The translations under genes were made by a program, and so were the position numbers. This document shows, in pieces, positions 9,119 to 17,199 of a DNA stretch of 34,078 nt. Each line of letters begins with the position of its first letter. Within the stretch, counting starts at the first letter, position 1. The notes under the pieces are model-generated. The model saw only the letters and a list, made by a program, of their open reading frames with translations, was not told the origin of the DNA and ran no database searches. The DNA is from an uncultured Clostridia bacterium (lineage in GTDB: Bacteria; Bacillota; Clostridia; HGM11514): positions 1 through 34,078 of the forward strand of contig CAKSSZ010000002.1 in NCBI GenBank assembly GCA_934489915.1. Direction: 5' to 3'.

Positions 9119-9385
9119 TTATTCGTTTTCTTTGTCCTTGTCCTGACCGGTCAGATCGTCCTTAATATCTTCTCCGGCGTCTTTCATTTTTTCGCCTGCG
9201 TCCTCCATACCGTCCTTTACATCCTCACCCAGATCAGGGCTTTCCGATACCTTGGGAGAGGTTGTTACGTTCGGCGACGCCGTTACAGGAGGTGTAGGAG
9301 AAGCGGTACCGTCCTGATTGGATCCGCATGCCGTTAACATTCCCATCAGCAACAAGGCTGACAGCGTCAAACTAAATTTTTTCAT
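9119..9385 (-). CDS. Small acidic lipoprotein, predicted to be disordered
   Basis: The likely start is MKKFSLTLSALLLMGMLTAC, with an LTAC lipobox. The ORF-track start at 9409 adds 8 residues before this signal peptide. The mature part is Pro/Thr/Ser-rich and then Asp/Glu/Lys-rich. Confidence 0.7.
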   Translation of the reverse strand: MKKFSLTLSALLLMGMLTACGSNQDGTASPTPPVTASPNVTTSPKVSESPDLGEDVKDGMEDAGEKMKDAGEDIKDDLTGQDKDKENE

Positions 9386-9525
9386 GTAGCTCTGCCTTTC
9401 TGCCCACAAAATCTTATCGTGCTTACCGTGGGCGAGTAAGCAATACAGCTTGGCTGTATTCTATTCCTATTATATGGCAGTCAGCATCGAAATATTCCTT
9501 TTTTTATGTGCCGCAGAAACTTTCT

Positions 9526-10197
9526 TTATTCATCCCAGGTCAGACTGCAATTTTGTGCAAACAGGGCGATTAAATCCTCCTCCTTCACCTGAGGCGGAAT
9601 TTCTACCGAAAATTTATAAATACGGCTTTCCTCTTTTTTGGAAATGTAAGTGTCTTGCACGATCACACCCTTTTCTTGCAGCAGATCGGTTGCATATTGC
9701 TGAAACCCGGGCTGAACCACATCGTATACCGCCAGCGTTTTTGCCTTAGGCAGCACGGAAAGCTTTGGGTTTCGGTGCAGCAGGATCTGGGCGGAAAGTA
9801 AAATTGCAGTGGCAGCAATTCCCACCGGGTACATCCCTGCTCCAAGCGCCATGCCGATCCCGGAGGTTGCCCAGATTCCGGCGGCGGTGGTTAAGCCGGT
9901 GACTGTCTTTTTTTGTACAAAAATTATGCCGGCGCCCAAAAAGCCAACGCCGCTGACAATTTGTGCTGCAATTCTGGAGGGGTCTAACTTAGCGTCCGTC
10001 AATGACGCAAGCTGCAGCATATCCGTAAATCCATATTTGGATACTACCATCATCAGCGCAGCGCCGCAAGCCACCACACAGTGGGTGCGGATTCCCGCTT
10101 CCTTTGCACGGTTCCGCCGTTCCATTCCAATGGCTACGCCGCAAAGAGCTGCAATAATGATCCGAAAAATCAATTGTATGTTCATTTGCCAATTCAT
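9526..10197 (-). CDS. MgtC/SapB family membrane protein
   Basis: 223 aa with the MgtC signature region IIAALCGVAIGMERRNRAKEAGIRTH, several TM helices and a soluble C-terminal domain. Its start overlaps the hydE stop (ATGA, 10194-10197). Confidence 0.85.
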   Translation of the reverse strand: MNWQMNIQLIFRIIIAALCGVAIGMERRNRAKEAGIRTHCVVACGAALMMVVSKYGFTDMLQLASLTDAKLDPSRIAAQIVSGVGFLGAGIIFVQKKTVTGLTTAAGIWATSGIGMALGAGMYPVGIAATAILLSAQILLHRNPKLSVLPKAKTLAVYDVVQPGFQQYATDLLQEKGVIVQDTYISKKEESRIYKFSVEIPPQVKEEDLIALFAQNCSLTWDE

Positions 10198-11240
10198 GCT
10201 TTCTTTTTCTCCCTTCTTACATCTCCCCGATCTGTTATAATTTCATATCCCGCTTCCTGTACTCGCTTTTGAAGAGCCGTCTTTCCTTCTGCCGCTTCTT
10301 CATTGGTGCTGATTTTATGATCATACAGGGTATATAATTTGCGTACTTCTACGGGGGAAAGATTAGGCATCACGACGTTTGCCCCTGCCTGTAAGCCCAG
10401 TTCCCGCCCCTCGGGGTGGAGCGTTCCCAGTGCAGTTGTGGCAGGCAGCAGCACATAAGGAAACATCAGCCGCAAAATTGAGATCAGCCGCAGGGTAAGA
10501 GCAAGACTGCCGTTGGGTTCCCCCCGAAGAGGAGTTTGCGCATGATGCAAAAAGGGGCCAATCCCAATCATATCCGGCTGAAGTTTCTGTAAAAAACGAA
10601 GATCTTCCAGCAAATATTCTAATGTTTGCCCCGGTGACCCAACCATAAAACCGCTGCCTACCTGGTATCCGATTTCTTTCAGATTCCATAGGCATTTCCG
10701 ACGGTTTTCAAAGCTCATCTCGTTCGGGTGCAGCGCTTGATAATGCGCTTTCACAGCTGTTTCATGCCGCAGCAAATACCGATCTGCTCCGGCTTGGAAT
10801 AACACTTCATAACTTTTGCGGGAGCGTTCTCCCAAGGATAGCGTAACCGCACAGTCCGGAAACTCTTCTTTTATTTTATGAAGCAGAGAGCATAACCATG
10901 CGTCCGTATGGGCGCCGTCCTCTCCCCCTTGCAAAACAAAGGTGCGAAAGCCCAAACGGTATCCTTCCCGGCAGCAGGACAGAATTTGTGTTTCTGTCAG
11001 GCGGTACCGATGAAGCCGGGTATTTTCCCGCCGGATGCCGCAATAATAGCAATTGTTCTTACAGTGGTTTGAGATTTCAATCAACCCGCGGATGAAAACC
11101 TTATTTCCGTAATGCAGCTGCCGTACCTGATCTGCCAGCTGCCGCAGAGGCTCTTCCGCTTCCTCCCGGGTCATGAGAGCCATCAGTTCTTCGTCTGCCA
11201 GATCCCCTGTTCGGTACAGCCGTTGTACTAACTCCCTCAT
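10194..11240 (-). CDS. hydE: [FeFe]-hydrogenase maturase HydE (radical SAM)
   Basis: Radical SAM motif CKNNCYYC in a HydE-like context (FIRGLIEISNHC..CGIRREN..FVLQGGED), about 349 aa. I chose the start at MRELVQ (11240), which has GGGAGG upstream. The longer ORF-track start at 11318 would overlap the promoter and the MocR gene. Confidence 0.85.
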   Translation of the reverse strand: MRELVQRLYRTGDLADEELMALMTREEAEEPLRQLADQVRQLHYGNKVFIRGLIEISNHCKNNCYYCGIRRENTRLHRYRLTETQILSCCREGYRLGFRTFVLQGGEDGAHTDAWLCSLLHKIKEEFPDCAVTLSLGERSRKSYEVLFQAGADRYLLRHETAVKAHYQALHPNEMSFENRRKCLWNLKEIGYQVGSGFMVGSPGQTLEYLLEDLRFLQKLQPDMIGIGPFLHHAQTPLRGEPNGSLALTLRLISILRLMFPYVLLPATTALGTLHPEGRELGLQAGANVVMPNLSPVEVRKLYTLYDHKISTNEEAAEGKTALQKRVQEAGYEIITDRGDVRREKKKA

Positions 11241-11273
11241 ACTTTTTCCGCCTCCCGGATCTTTTGTATTAAA

Positions 11274-11302
11274 ATTATAGCACAATCCCACCGGTTTGTC
11301 AA
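11274..11302 (-). promoter_or_regulatory. Consensus sigma-A promoter for hydE
   Basis: On the minus strand, TTGACA (11302-11297), a 17-nt spacer and TGcTATAAT (TATAAT 11279-11274). The TGA stop of the MocR gene (11301-11299) lies inside the -35 hexamer. Confidence 0.65.
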
Positions 11303-12666
11303 GCCAGTGCAGCCGCAAGCTGCTCTAAAGCGCCCGGCAAAAGAGCGGGATCCAGTGCAGAGTAATTGAATAGTATTGTCCCTGCATCCGTGGGATGAAT
11401 GCCGTAGTCGGAAAGGCAGCGCAGAAGCAGCCCGTATTTTCTTGCCCGTTCCTTGATTTGTGCATCAGTCAAGTTGGTATGCAACCGAATTAAAAAATGC
11501 AATCCGGAACGTTCCTCTAAAAGCTCCCCCTGTAAGCTGCTTTGCTTCACTGCCTCTACTGCCCGGCTGCGAATTTTTTGATAGTAGCTGCGCATCCGGT
11601 TTAAATGCTTTTCAAAATATCCTTCCTGCAAAAACAAAGCCAGGGTCATTTGTTCAAAAACCGAAACCGTACATGCATAAAACCCCAAATTTTTCCGAAA
11701 TCGGTCTGCCAGGGCAGCGGGCAGAACCATGTACCCAATCCGAATGGAGGGGGCAAGGGTTTTGGAAAAGGTATTCATATAAATGACTCGCCCAAAAGCG
11801 TCAATGCTTTGCAGGGGCATTGCCATCCGGCGGCTTAAGCGAAACTCGCTGTCATAATCGTCTTCAATGATATATTGCTCCTGCCCTGCCCATTGTAGTA
11901 ATTCATACCGCCTTTGGGTTGAGGTCACAATTCCGGTAGGGTAATGGTGTGCCGGAGAGAGGTGAGCGACGGTTGCGTTCGATTGCCGCAGGCAGTCCAT
12001 CTGCAACCCGTCTCCGTCCAGCGGAATCGGCAGACACTGTACGCCGTTTGCCTGGTAAATGCGGCGGATTTTGCTATGACCCGGATCTTCAATGGCAATC
12101 CGGCTTTGCCGCCCCAGCAATTGCACCAGCAATTGATATAAATATTCTGTGCCGGCGCCGATCACAATTTGTTCCGGAGCAACTGCCATCCCCCGGAAGC
12201 GCAGCAAATGGGTTGCGATTGCTTCCCGCAAAACCTGTTCTCCCTGCGGTTCTAACGTCCCCAGCAGCCGTGAATCTGCCTCGCTGAGTACCCGGCGCAT
12301 TAACCGTGACCAAATACTGAAGGGAAAATTCCCCGGATTGCTTCGGTTAGCGCTCAAATCCAAATAAGAAGTCTCATGTTTTGGTATCATATGGGACGGA
12401 AGATTGCGGGCGGGGGAAAAAGGGGGAATCTCCGCTACATAATATCCGCTTTTTTCCCGGGAAAGCAAAAATCCCTCTGCCACTAGCTGGCCGTAAGCGG
12501 AATCTACCGTAATCTGGCTGATCGATAAATGCCGTGCCAGGCTGCGCCGTGAGGGCAGCTTTTCGCCTGATGTCAACTTTCCCTGCAAAATATCTTCCCG
12601 AATACAGCGGGACAAATAGTCATACAAGGGCAAATGCCCCCGTTTGCTCATGTCATAGGTCAGCAT
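11299..12666 (-). CDS. MocR-family regulator (GntR-type wHTH fused to a PLP aminotransferase-like domain), PdxR-like
   Basis: 455 aa with an N-terminal GntR HTH (LPSRRSLARHLSISQITVDSAY) and a fold-type I domain carrying a candidate PLP lysine in NTFSKTLAPSIRIGY. The SD is a strong GGAGGTG. Confidence 0.85.
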   Translation of the reverse strand: MLTYDMSKRGHLPLYDYLSRCIREDILQGKLTSGEKLPSRRSLARHLSISQITVDSAYGQLVAEGFLLSREKSGYYVAEIPPFSPARNLPSHMIPKHETSYLDLSANRSNPGNFPFSIWSRLMRRVLSEADSRLLGTLEPQGEQVLREAIATHLLRFRGMAVAPEQIVIGAGTEYLYQLLVQLLGRQSRIAIEDPGHSKIRRIYQANGVQCLPIPLDGDGLQMDCLRQSNATVAHLSPAHHYPTGIVTSTQRRYELLQWAGQEQYIIEDDYDSEFRLSRRMAMPLQSIDAFGRVIYMNTFSKTLAPSIRIGYMVLPAALADRFRKNLGFYACTVSVFEQMTLALFLQEGYFEKHLNRMRSYYQKIRSRAVEAVKQSSLQGELLEERSGLHFLIRLHTNLTDAQIKERARKYGLLLRCLSDYGIHPTDAGTILFNYSALDPALLPGALEQLAAALA

Positions 12667-12805
12667 TCTATCACCTCCTGATCCTTATATTATATCATAG
12701 CTGACGGGGAAAATCAATCTGGTCTTATAAAAAAGTATCAAAATGGCTCTTTTCATAATTCCAGATTGCGTTATAATGAAAAGAAAAAAGATGAGGTGAC
12801 CAACT

Positions 12806-13291
12806 GTGAAACAAGATAAGCAAATGAAAAGACTGGTGCTTGCAGCGTTGCTCGCAGCGCTGACCTGCGTGGGAACGATGGTAATTAAAATTCCTTCCTT
12901 GCACGGATATCTGCATCCGGGCGATGGATTTGTATTATTATCCGGCTTTTTGCTGGGGCCGTGGTACGGAGCTGCGGCAGCGGGGATCGGCTCCGGATTG
13001 GCTGACCTTTTTTCCGGCTACACCATTTATGTTCCGGGGACGCTTCTCATTAAAGCGCTGTCTGCTTTGATTGCCGGGCTAATTTATCAGAAAAAAAACA
13101 GCAGCGCATATGCGCTGCTGGGCGGGGTCTTAGGCGAGCTTGCAATGGCTGCCGGTTATTTTCTGTATGAATCTGCCGTTTTCCATGAAGGTGCGGCGGC
13201 CGCAATCCCCGGTAATTTAGCCCAGGGTGCGGCGGGGGTCGTGATTTCCATGCTTCTTCTCCCCCTGTTGAAAAAAGCCGTGCGCCGATAA
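12806..13291 (+). CDS. ECF-transporter substrate-specific (S) component; a vitamin B6 vitamer is a possible substrate
   Basis: 161 aa and very hydrophobic (about 5 TM helices), with S-component-like LHPGDGFVLLSGFLLGPWYG. The GTG start has GAGGTG 7 nt upstream. Specificity is inferred only from the divergent MocR/PdxR-like regulator. No ECF A or T genes are adjacent. Confidence 0.6.
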   Translation: MKQDKQMKRLVLAALLAALTCVGTMVIKIPSLHGYLHPGDGFVLLSGFLLGPWYGAAAAGIGSGLADLFSGYTIYVPGTLLIKALSALIAGLIYQKKNSSAYALLGGVLGELAMAAGYFLYESAVFHEGAAAAIPGNLAQGAAGVVISMLLLPLLKKAVRR

Positions 13292-13296
13292 CATTT

Positions 13297-14082
13297 TTAT
13301 TTTTCGCTCATTTTACTTAAAAAAGCGGCGGTTCTTTCATTTTTCGGATGATCGATCACTTCCTCCGGAGTACCGGATTCTGCGATGATCCCTTGATCCA
13401 TAAAAATGATCCGATCTGCAACGTGGCGTGCAAATTCTATTTCATGAGTTACAATGACCATGGTAGTTTTCTTTGCTGCCAGGCTTTTAATGACTTTTAA
13501 AATTTCTCCTGTCAGTTCCGGGTCCAGTGCAGAGGTGGGTTCGTCAAAAAACAGAACCTTCGGCTCTAAGGCAAGCGCTCTTGCAATGGAAACCCGCTGC
13601 TGCTGCCCGCCGGACAGCTGGCAGGGGTAATTATCATATTTCGCGGAAAGCCCCACCCGATCCAGCAGGGCTTGCGCCCGGGAACGGATTTGTGCTTCCG
13701 TTTCTTTTTTCTTCTGCTTATAATCAGGCTGTTCCTTTGCCTGGAGAAGGGGCGCCAGCATTACATTTTCCAATGCGCTGTACTGAGGAAAAAGATTAAA
13801 CTGCTGGAACACCAAGCCGAAATTCAGCTGATTTTTCCGCATTTCTGCAGCAGTATATTTCTTGCGCTGCTCTCCGTCAAACACCAGCTTGCCGTCTACT
13901 AAAATTCGTCCCTTTTCTGCCTGCTCCAAAAAATTGATGCAGCGCAGCAGGGTGGTTTTTCCGCTGCCGGAGGAACCCAAAATGGCGACAACCTCCCCCT
14001 GCTCCACAGAAAAATCAATGCCCTTGAGCACTTCGGTTTTCCCAAATTGTTTGTATAATTGTTCTACCTTTAAAATTGACAT
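13297..14082 (-). CDS. Polar amino-acid ABC transporter ATP-binding protein
   Basis: Walker [10 protein letters not shown], signature LSGGQQQRV and Walker [12 protein letters not shown], in a GlnQ-like layout. Confidence 0.9.
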   Translation of the reverse strand: MSILKVEQLYKQFGKTEVLKGIDFSVEQGEVVAILGSSGSGKTTLLRCINFLEQAEKGRILVDGKLVFDGEQRKKYTAAEMRKNQLNFGLVFQQFNLFPQYSALENVMLAPLLQAKEQPDYKQKKKETEAQIRSRAQALLDRVGLSAKYDNYPCQLSGGQQQRVSIARALALEPKVLFFDEPTSALDPELTGEILKVIKSLAAKKTTMVIVTHEIEFARHVADRIIFMDQGIIAESGTPEEVIDHPKNERTAAFLSKMSEK

Positions 14083-14114
14083 AGCCCGTCGATTCCTTTC
14101 TATTCCGGTATTTC

Positions 14115-14759
14115 TCAGCCCTTATAATAATTCAACCGTTTTTCCAGATAGCCGAACAGCAGCGTCAGTGCGCCGTTAAACAGCAGGAAATAAAGGCCGG
14201 TAGAGAACAGCGGCCAGATCAAGCCCTGCTTGGAAAACCGCTCCGCACACATCAGTATTTCAGCCAGGCCGATGATTCGTGCCAGGGAGGTATCCTTCAC
14301 CAGGGTAATAATCTCGTTGCTCATGGGCGCTGTAATCCGCTTAATTACCTGAAACAGAACCACCTTGAAAAAGGTTTGCGTCTTGGTCAGCCCCAGCACC
14401 TGTGCTGCTTCATACTGCCCTTTCGGGATACTTTCGATACCGCCCCGGTAAATTTCAGAAAAATAAGCGGCATAATTAATGACAAAGGCAATCAGCGCTG
14501 CAGTCATACGGGAACGTACCGGCATATGGAACAGCAGCCCCGGCACATATAATACAACGAAAATTTGCAGCATCAGCGGGGTACCGCGAATGATCCATAC
14601 AAAGGTCTTGGTCAGGTACCGCAGCGGAAAAAAGCGGGACATAGAACCCAAAGTTATAATTAATCCTAAGGGAATGGCCGCAAGCAGCGTGACAATAAAA
14701 ATCTGACAGTTCAGGCCAAAGCCGGAAAACAAAGACAGCAAAATATCAGTTTGACTCAC
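14115..14759 (-). CDS. Polar amino-acid ABC transporter permease
   Basis: 214 aa, multi-TM, with a HisM/GlnP-type EAA-like loop ([22 protein letters not shown]). It has a GTG start with AGAGGAAGGA upstream. Confidence 0.85.
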   Translation of the reverse strand: MSQTDILLSLFSGFGLNCQIFIVTLLAAIPLGLIITLGSMSRFFPLRYLTKTFVWIIRGTPLMLQIFVVLYVPGLLFHMPVRSRMTAALIAFVINYAAYFSEIYRGGIESIPKGQYEAAQVLGLTKTQTFFKVVLFQVIKRITAPMSNEIITLVKDTSLARIIGLAEILMCAERFSKQGLIWPLFSTGLYFLLFNGALTLLFGYLEKRLNYYKG

Positions 14760-14808
14760 CTGAGTTCATCCTTCCTCTTTCAAAGCAAAAATCATAAAAC
14801 AACGGAGG

Positions 14809-14855
14809 GAGCCGACTTTCCCCGAAGATTTCTCCGGGGAGGAAAGCCTGCTCCT
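14809..14855 (-). terminator. Long imperfect intra-operon hairpin after the binding-protein gene (partial terminator or mRNA stabiliser)
   Basis: On the minus strand, GGAGCAGGCTTTCC...GGAAAGTCGGCTCC encloses CCCCG/CGGGG and is followed by CTCCGTTGTTTTATGATTTTT. It lies between the SBP stop and the permease start. Confidence 0.4.
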
Positions 14856-14870
14856 CAGCCTTTTTCCTGT

Positions 14871-15698
14871 TTATTTTACCAGCAACAGCTCTCCCAGCTT
14901 ATACCGGTCTGCAATTTCCTTTAAGGTGCCGTCTGCCGCCAGTTCCTGAATGGCTGCATTTACCTTTTCCACCGTGTCGCTGCCCTTGCGGAAGGCTACT
15001 CCGTATTGGTCGTCGGTAAAGTCTTTATCAATCAGCACCAGATTTTTATAATCGGTGCCTTCTCCGATGGAACCAACCGCCATTACATAATCACCGATGA
15101 CTACGTCGGAAGTACCGGAAGCAACGTCCATCAAGCCGGTAGACTGTGCGTCCACTGCGGTAAAGGAGGCTTTAGAGAAAAATTCATTTTCCTCTGCCAG
15201 CGTTTCTCCGGTGGAGCCTTTTTCTGCTACAACAACGGCGCCGTCTACGCTCTCGGTGTATTTATCCTTGTTTTCGGATTTTACAATCATAACCTGCCGG
15301 TTTGCCATGTAAGGAATAGAAATTGCCATGTTTTCTTTTCTTTCATCCGTAATGGTCATGCCGTTCCAGATGCAGTCAATATTTTTTGCGTTTAATTCTA
15401 CTTCTTTGGTATCCCAGTTGATCTCTACAAATTCCGGTGTAACGCCCAGCTTTTCACAAACAGCTTTTGCAAATTCTGTTTCAAATCCGGTCAATTCGGA
15501 ACCTTCATAATAGTTCATCGGGGAAAAGAGGGTAATGCCGATGGTCAGTGTGCCCTTTTGAGAAATGTAATCCCAATCAGACGCCTGTGCCTTCGGTGTT
15601 GTGGCGGGGTCGATGCTCCCGTTAGAAGAGCCGCAGCCTGCAATCAGGGTTACGGAAAGCAGCATTGCCATACATACGATCAGTAATTTTTTGTTCAT
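14871..15698 (-). CDS. Amino-acid ABC transporter substrate-binding lipoprotein
   Basis: 275 aa with a signal peptide and lipobox (LIAGCGS). The length and motifs are typical of a type 3 periplasmic binding protein. It is the first gene of the SBP-permease-ATPase operon. Confidence 0.85.
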   Translation of the reverse strand: MNKKLLIVCMAMLLSVTLIAGCGSSNGSIDPATTPKAQASDWDYISQKGTLTIGITLFSPMNYYEGSELTGFETEFAKAVCEKLGVTPEFVEINWDTKEVELNAKNIDCIWNGMTITDERKENMAISIPYMANRQVMIVKSENKDKYTESVDGAVVVAEKGSTGETLAEENEFFSKASFTAVDAQSTGLMDVASGTSDVVIGDYVMAVGSIGEGTDYKNLVLIDKDFTDDQYGVAFRKGSDTVEKVNAAIQELAADGTLKEIADRYKLGELLLVK

Positions 15699-15741
15699 TG
15701 TAACTCAACCTTTCTGTTTTGTTTTTTTTGATTACACTAAT

Positions 15742-15770
15742 ATATTACCACTTTACCGTAATAAAGTCAA
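15742..15770 (-). promoter_or_regulatory. Sigma-A-type promoter for the ABC operon
   Basis: On the minus strand, TTGACT (15770-15765), a 17-nt spacer and TGgTAATAT (15747-15742). An A/T-rich UP-like tract lies upstream at 15771-15810. Confidence 0.5.
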
Positions 15771-15820
15771 GTGTTTTTTTAAAATTTTTTGAAAAATTTT
15801 TTTAACCCCTGAAAAATCAG

Positions 15821-15853
15821 CAAAAAACAGCGGTGCAGAAGCTCTGCACCGCT
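15821..15853 (-). terminator. Intrinsic terminator of the AI-2E permease gene
   Basis: AGCGGTGCAGA / TCTGCACCGCT stem (15829-15853) with a 3-nt loop. On the minus strand it is followed by GTTTTTTG. Confidence 0.75.
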
Positions 15854-15866
15854 AGCCTTTACAATC

Positions 15867-16973
15867 TTACCCCTGTGACGCATTCATCTTACGGTCGTCC
15901 AGCCAATCCTCGATTAAAACCAATTTGATTGCCGCTATGACCGGAACACCCAAGAACATCCCGATTGCACCGAATAATCCGCCAAACACCGTTACCGAAA
16001 GCAATACCAGCAAAGGGCTGACCCCTACCGAATTGCTAATGATCTTCGGCTGCAGGACGTTAGAATCCAACTGCGCCATAATAAAGAGCGCCAGCACCAC
16101 CCAGATGGAGCGCAGCGGGCCGATGGTCAGTACGGAAACAATAAAAATAATCACCGTTGAAACAATCGGGCCGAAAAAGGGAATCATATTTCCGATTGCG
16201 GTAATGACACCCATCAGCGGCGCATAAGGAACCCGGAAGCAGGACAGCATGAGGAAGGTGCTGATCCCCATAATTAATGCGTCCAAAAACAGACCGGAAA
16301 AGTAGGAATAAAATACGCCAACCGTCTTTTGCACATACTTTACTGCCATCATCACCGGTTTAGAAGGGGTTTCAGTCAGAAAGATGCGGTAAAAGAAGGA
16401 TACAATCGCCTCTTTTTCTAAAATAATATAAATAGAAAAAATGACGCTCATAAACGCAGAAAGAAAATAATTCGCTACCCGGCTGACCAAACCGATGTAT
16501 TGGTTCAGGGTCGTCAAATTCAGTTTGCTGACCAGATTATCGTTGACAAATTTCATCAGATTCAAATTGGAGAACAGCTCATGTTCCTCCAAAAATTTAG
16601 ACAGCACACTGTAATACTTGGGAATGTTTGTCACAAAATCTTCAATGTTGGCATAAATAATAGGAACAATATATTTTACCGTAACAGCCAGGGCGCATAA
16701 AATCGCAGAATAAACCAACAGGGTGCTGATCCCCATGGAGTATCGCTTTACCGGCCGAAGCTTGCAGCTTTTTACCCACTGGTTGACCTTGCAAACCGGA
16801 CGGTACAGAAAAAAAGCAATTAAAATGCCGGCAAAAAAGGGCCCCATGGTGGATAATACTGTCCCAAATGCAGACCAAATGTCCTCAAAATTATTAATAA
16901 TTTTATAAGCAATAATTAAAATAATTCCAACCACCAAAATCCGACCGTGGCTGGTCAGCTTCCACTTATTCAT
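15867..16973 (-). CDS. AI-2E family transporter (PerM/YtvI-like permease)
   Basis: About 369 aa, multi-TM, with the AI-2E core (GNMIPFFGPIVS..AQLDSNVLQPKIISNSVGVSPL..GLFGAIGMFLGVP). I chose the start at MNKWKL (16973), which has AAAGGCGGG upstream. The ORF-track N-terminal extension to 17138 covers the promoter region. Confidence 0.85.
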   Translation of the reverse strand: MNKWKLTSHGRILVVGIILIIAYKIINNFEDIWSAFGTVLSTMGPFFAGILIAFFLYRPVCKVNQWVKSCKLRPVKRYSMGISTLLVYSAILCALAVTVKYIVPIIYANIEDFVTNIPKYYSVLSKFLEEHELFSNLNLMKFVNDNLVSKLNLTTLNQYIGLVSRVANYFLSAFMSVIFSIYIILEKEAIVSFFYRIFLTETPSKPVMMAVKYVQKTVGVFYSYFSGLFLDALIMGISTFLMLSCFRVPYAPLMGVITAIGNMIPFFGPIVSTVIIFIVSVLTIGPLRSIWVVLALFIMAQLDSNVLQPKIISNSVGVSPLLVLLSVTVFGGLFGAIGMFLGVPVIAAIKLVLIEDWLDDRKMNASQG

Positions 16974-16997
16974 TTCGGCACCCGCCTTTCTCTTTTT

Positions 16998-17026
16998 ATT
17001 ATACCCGAGTTTTTCTGCTCTGTCAA
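16998..17026 (-). promoter_or_regulatory. Consensus sigma-A promoter for the AI-2E permease gene
   Basis: On the minus strand, TTGACA (17026-17021), a 17-nt spacer and TATAAT (17003-16998), about 25 nt upstream of the ATG at 16973. Confidence 0.65.
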
Positions 17027-17045
17027 GAAATGCAGCAGAAAAAAG

Positions 17046-17074
17046 TTGACAAAAAAGCTTCCTTATGGTATAAT
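17046..17074 (+). promoter_or_regulatory. Consensus sigma-A promoter with extended -10, driving the hyd leader
   Basis: TTGACA (17046-17051), a 17-nt spacer and TGgTATAAT (TATAAT 17069-17074). Confidence 0.7.
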
Positions 17075-17080
17075 AAAAGT

Positions 17081-17199
17081 GTCCTGACGGGCGAGAAATT
17101 CTTTCCCGGAAGAAGCAGAAAATATTATGCCGCAGCAAAAGCCCTGCGGTGAAAATAAAACTGTTTCTGCACTCTTTCGGGGGTGCAGTTTATTTTTTT
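17081..17199 (+). ncRNA. Unclassified structured leader RNA or possible short RNA ending in an intrinsic terminator
   Basis: Hairpins CGGG/CCCG (17088-17108), CCGCAG/CTGCGG (17130-17149) and the terminator hairpin. It contains no credible CDS, and the next gene starts at 17308. The class is unknown. Confidence 0.45.
17167..17199 (+). terminator. Intrinsic terminator inside the hyd leader
   Basis: CTGCACTC (17167-17174) pairs with GGGTGCAG (17181-17188) with one G-U pair and a 6-nt loop, followed by TTTATTTTTTT (17189-17199). Confidence 0.75.

Noticed and set aside
11264-11285. TTGTATTAAAATTATAGCACAA near the hydE promoter as a possible Rex (redox) operator
   Set aside because: The Rex consensus is TTGTGAA-N4-TTCACAA, which is TTGT-N10-ACAA. 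This element has N14 and lacks the inner GAA/TTC, and it largely coincides with the -10 region. I found no Rex-like site in the hydG/hydF upstream region either.
11241-11318. A 26-aa N-terminal extension of the hydE ORF
   Set aside because: It would overlap the MocR gene end and contain the hydE promoter. MRELVQ (11240) has GGGAGG upstream and gives a typical HydE length.
17086-17112. A partial resemblance of GACGGGCGAGAAA...CCCGGAAGA to the 3' hairpin of ykkC (guanidine-I) riboswitches
   Set aside because: The ~60-nt 5' portion of the ykkC architecture has no room between the predicted transcription start (~17081) and this segment. The resemblance covers only a few nucleotides, which is not enough to call.
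16974-17138. A 55-aa N-terminal extension of the AI-2E permease ORF
   Set aside because: The extension covers the consensus promoter (17026-16998) and the divergent promoter. The internal start MNKWKL has an SD and immediately precedes the first TM helix.
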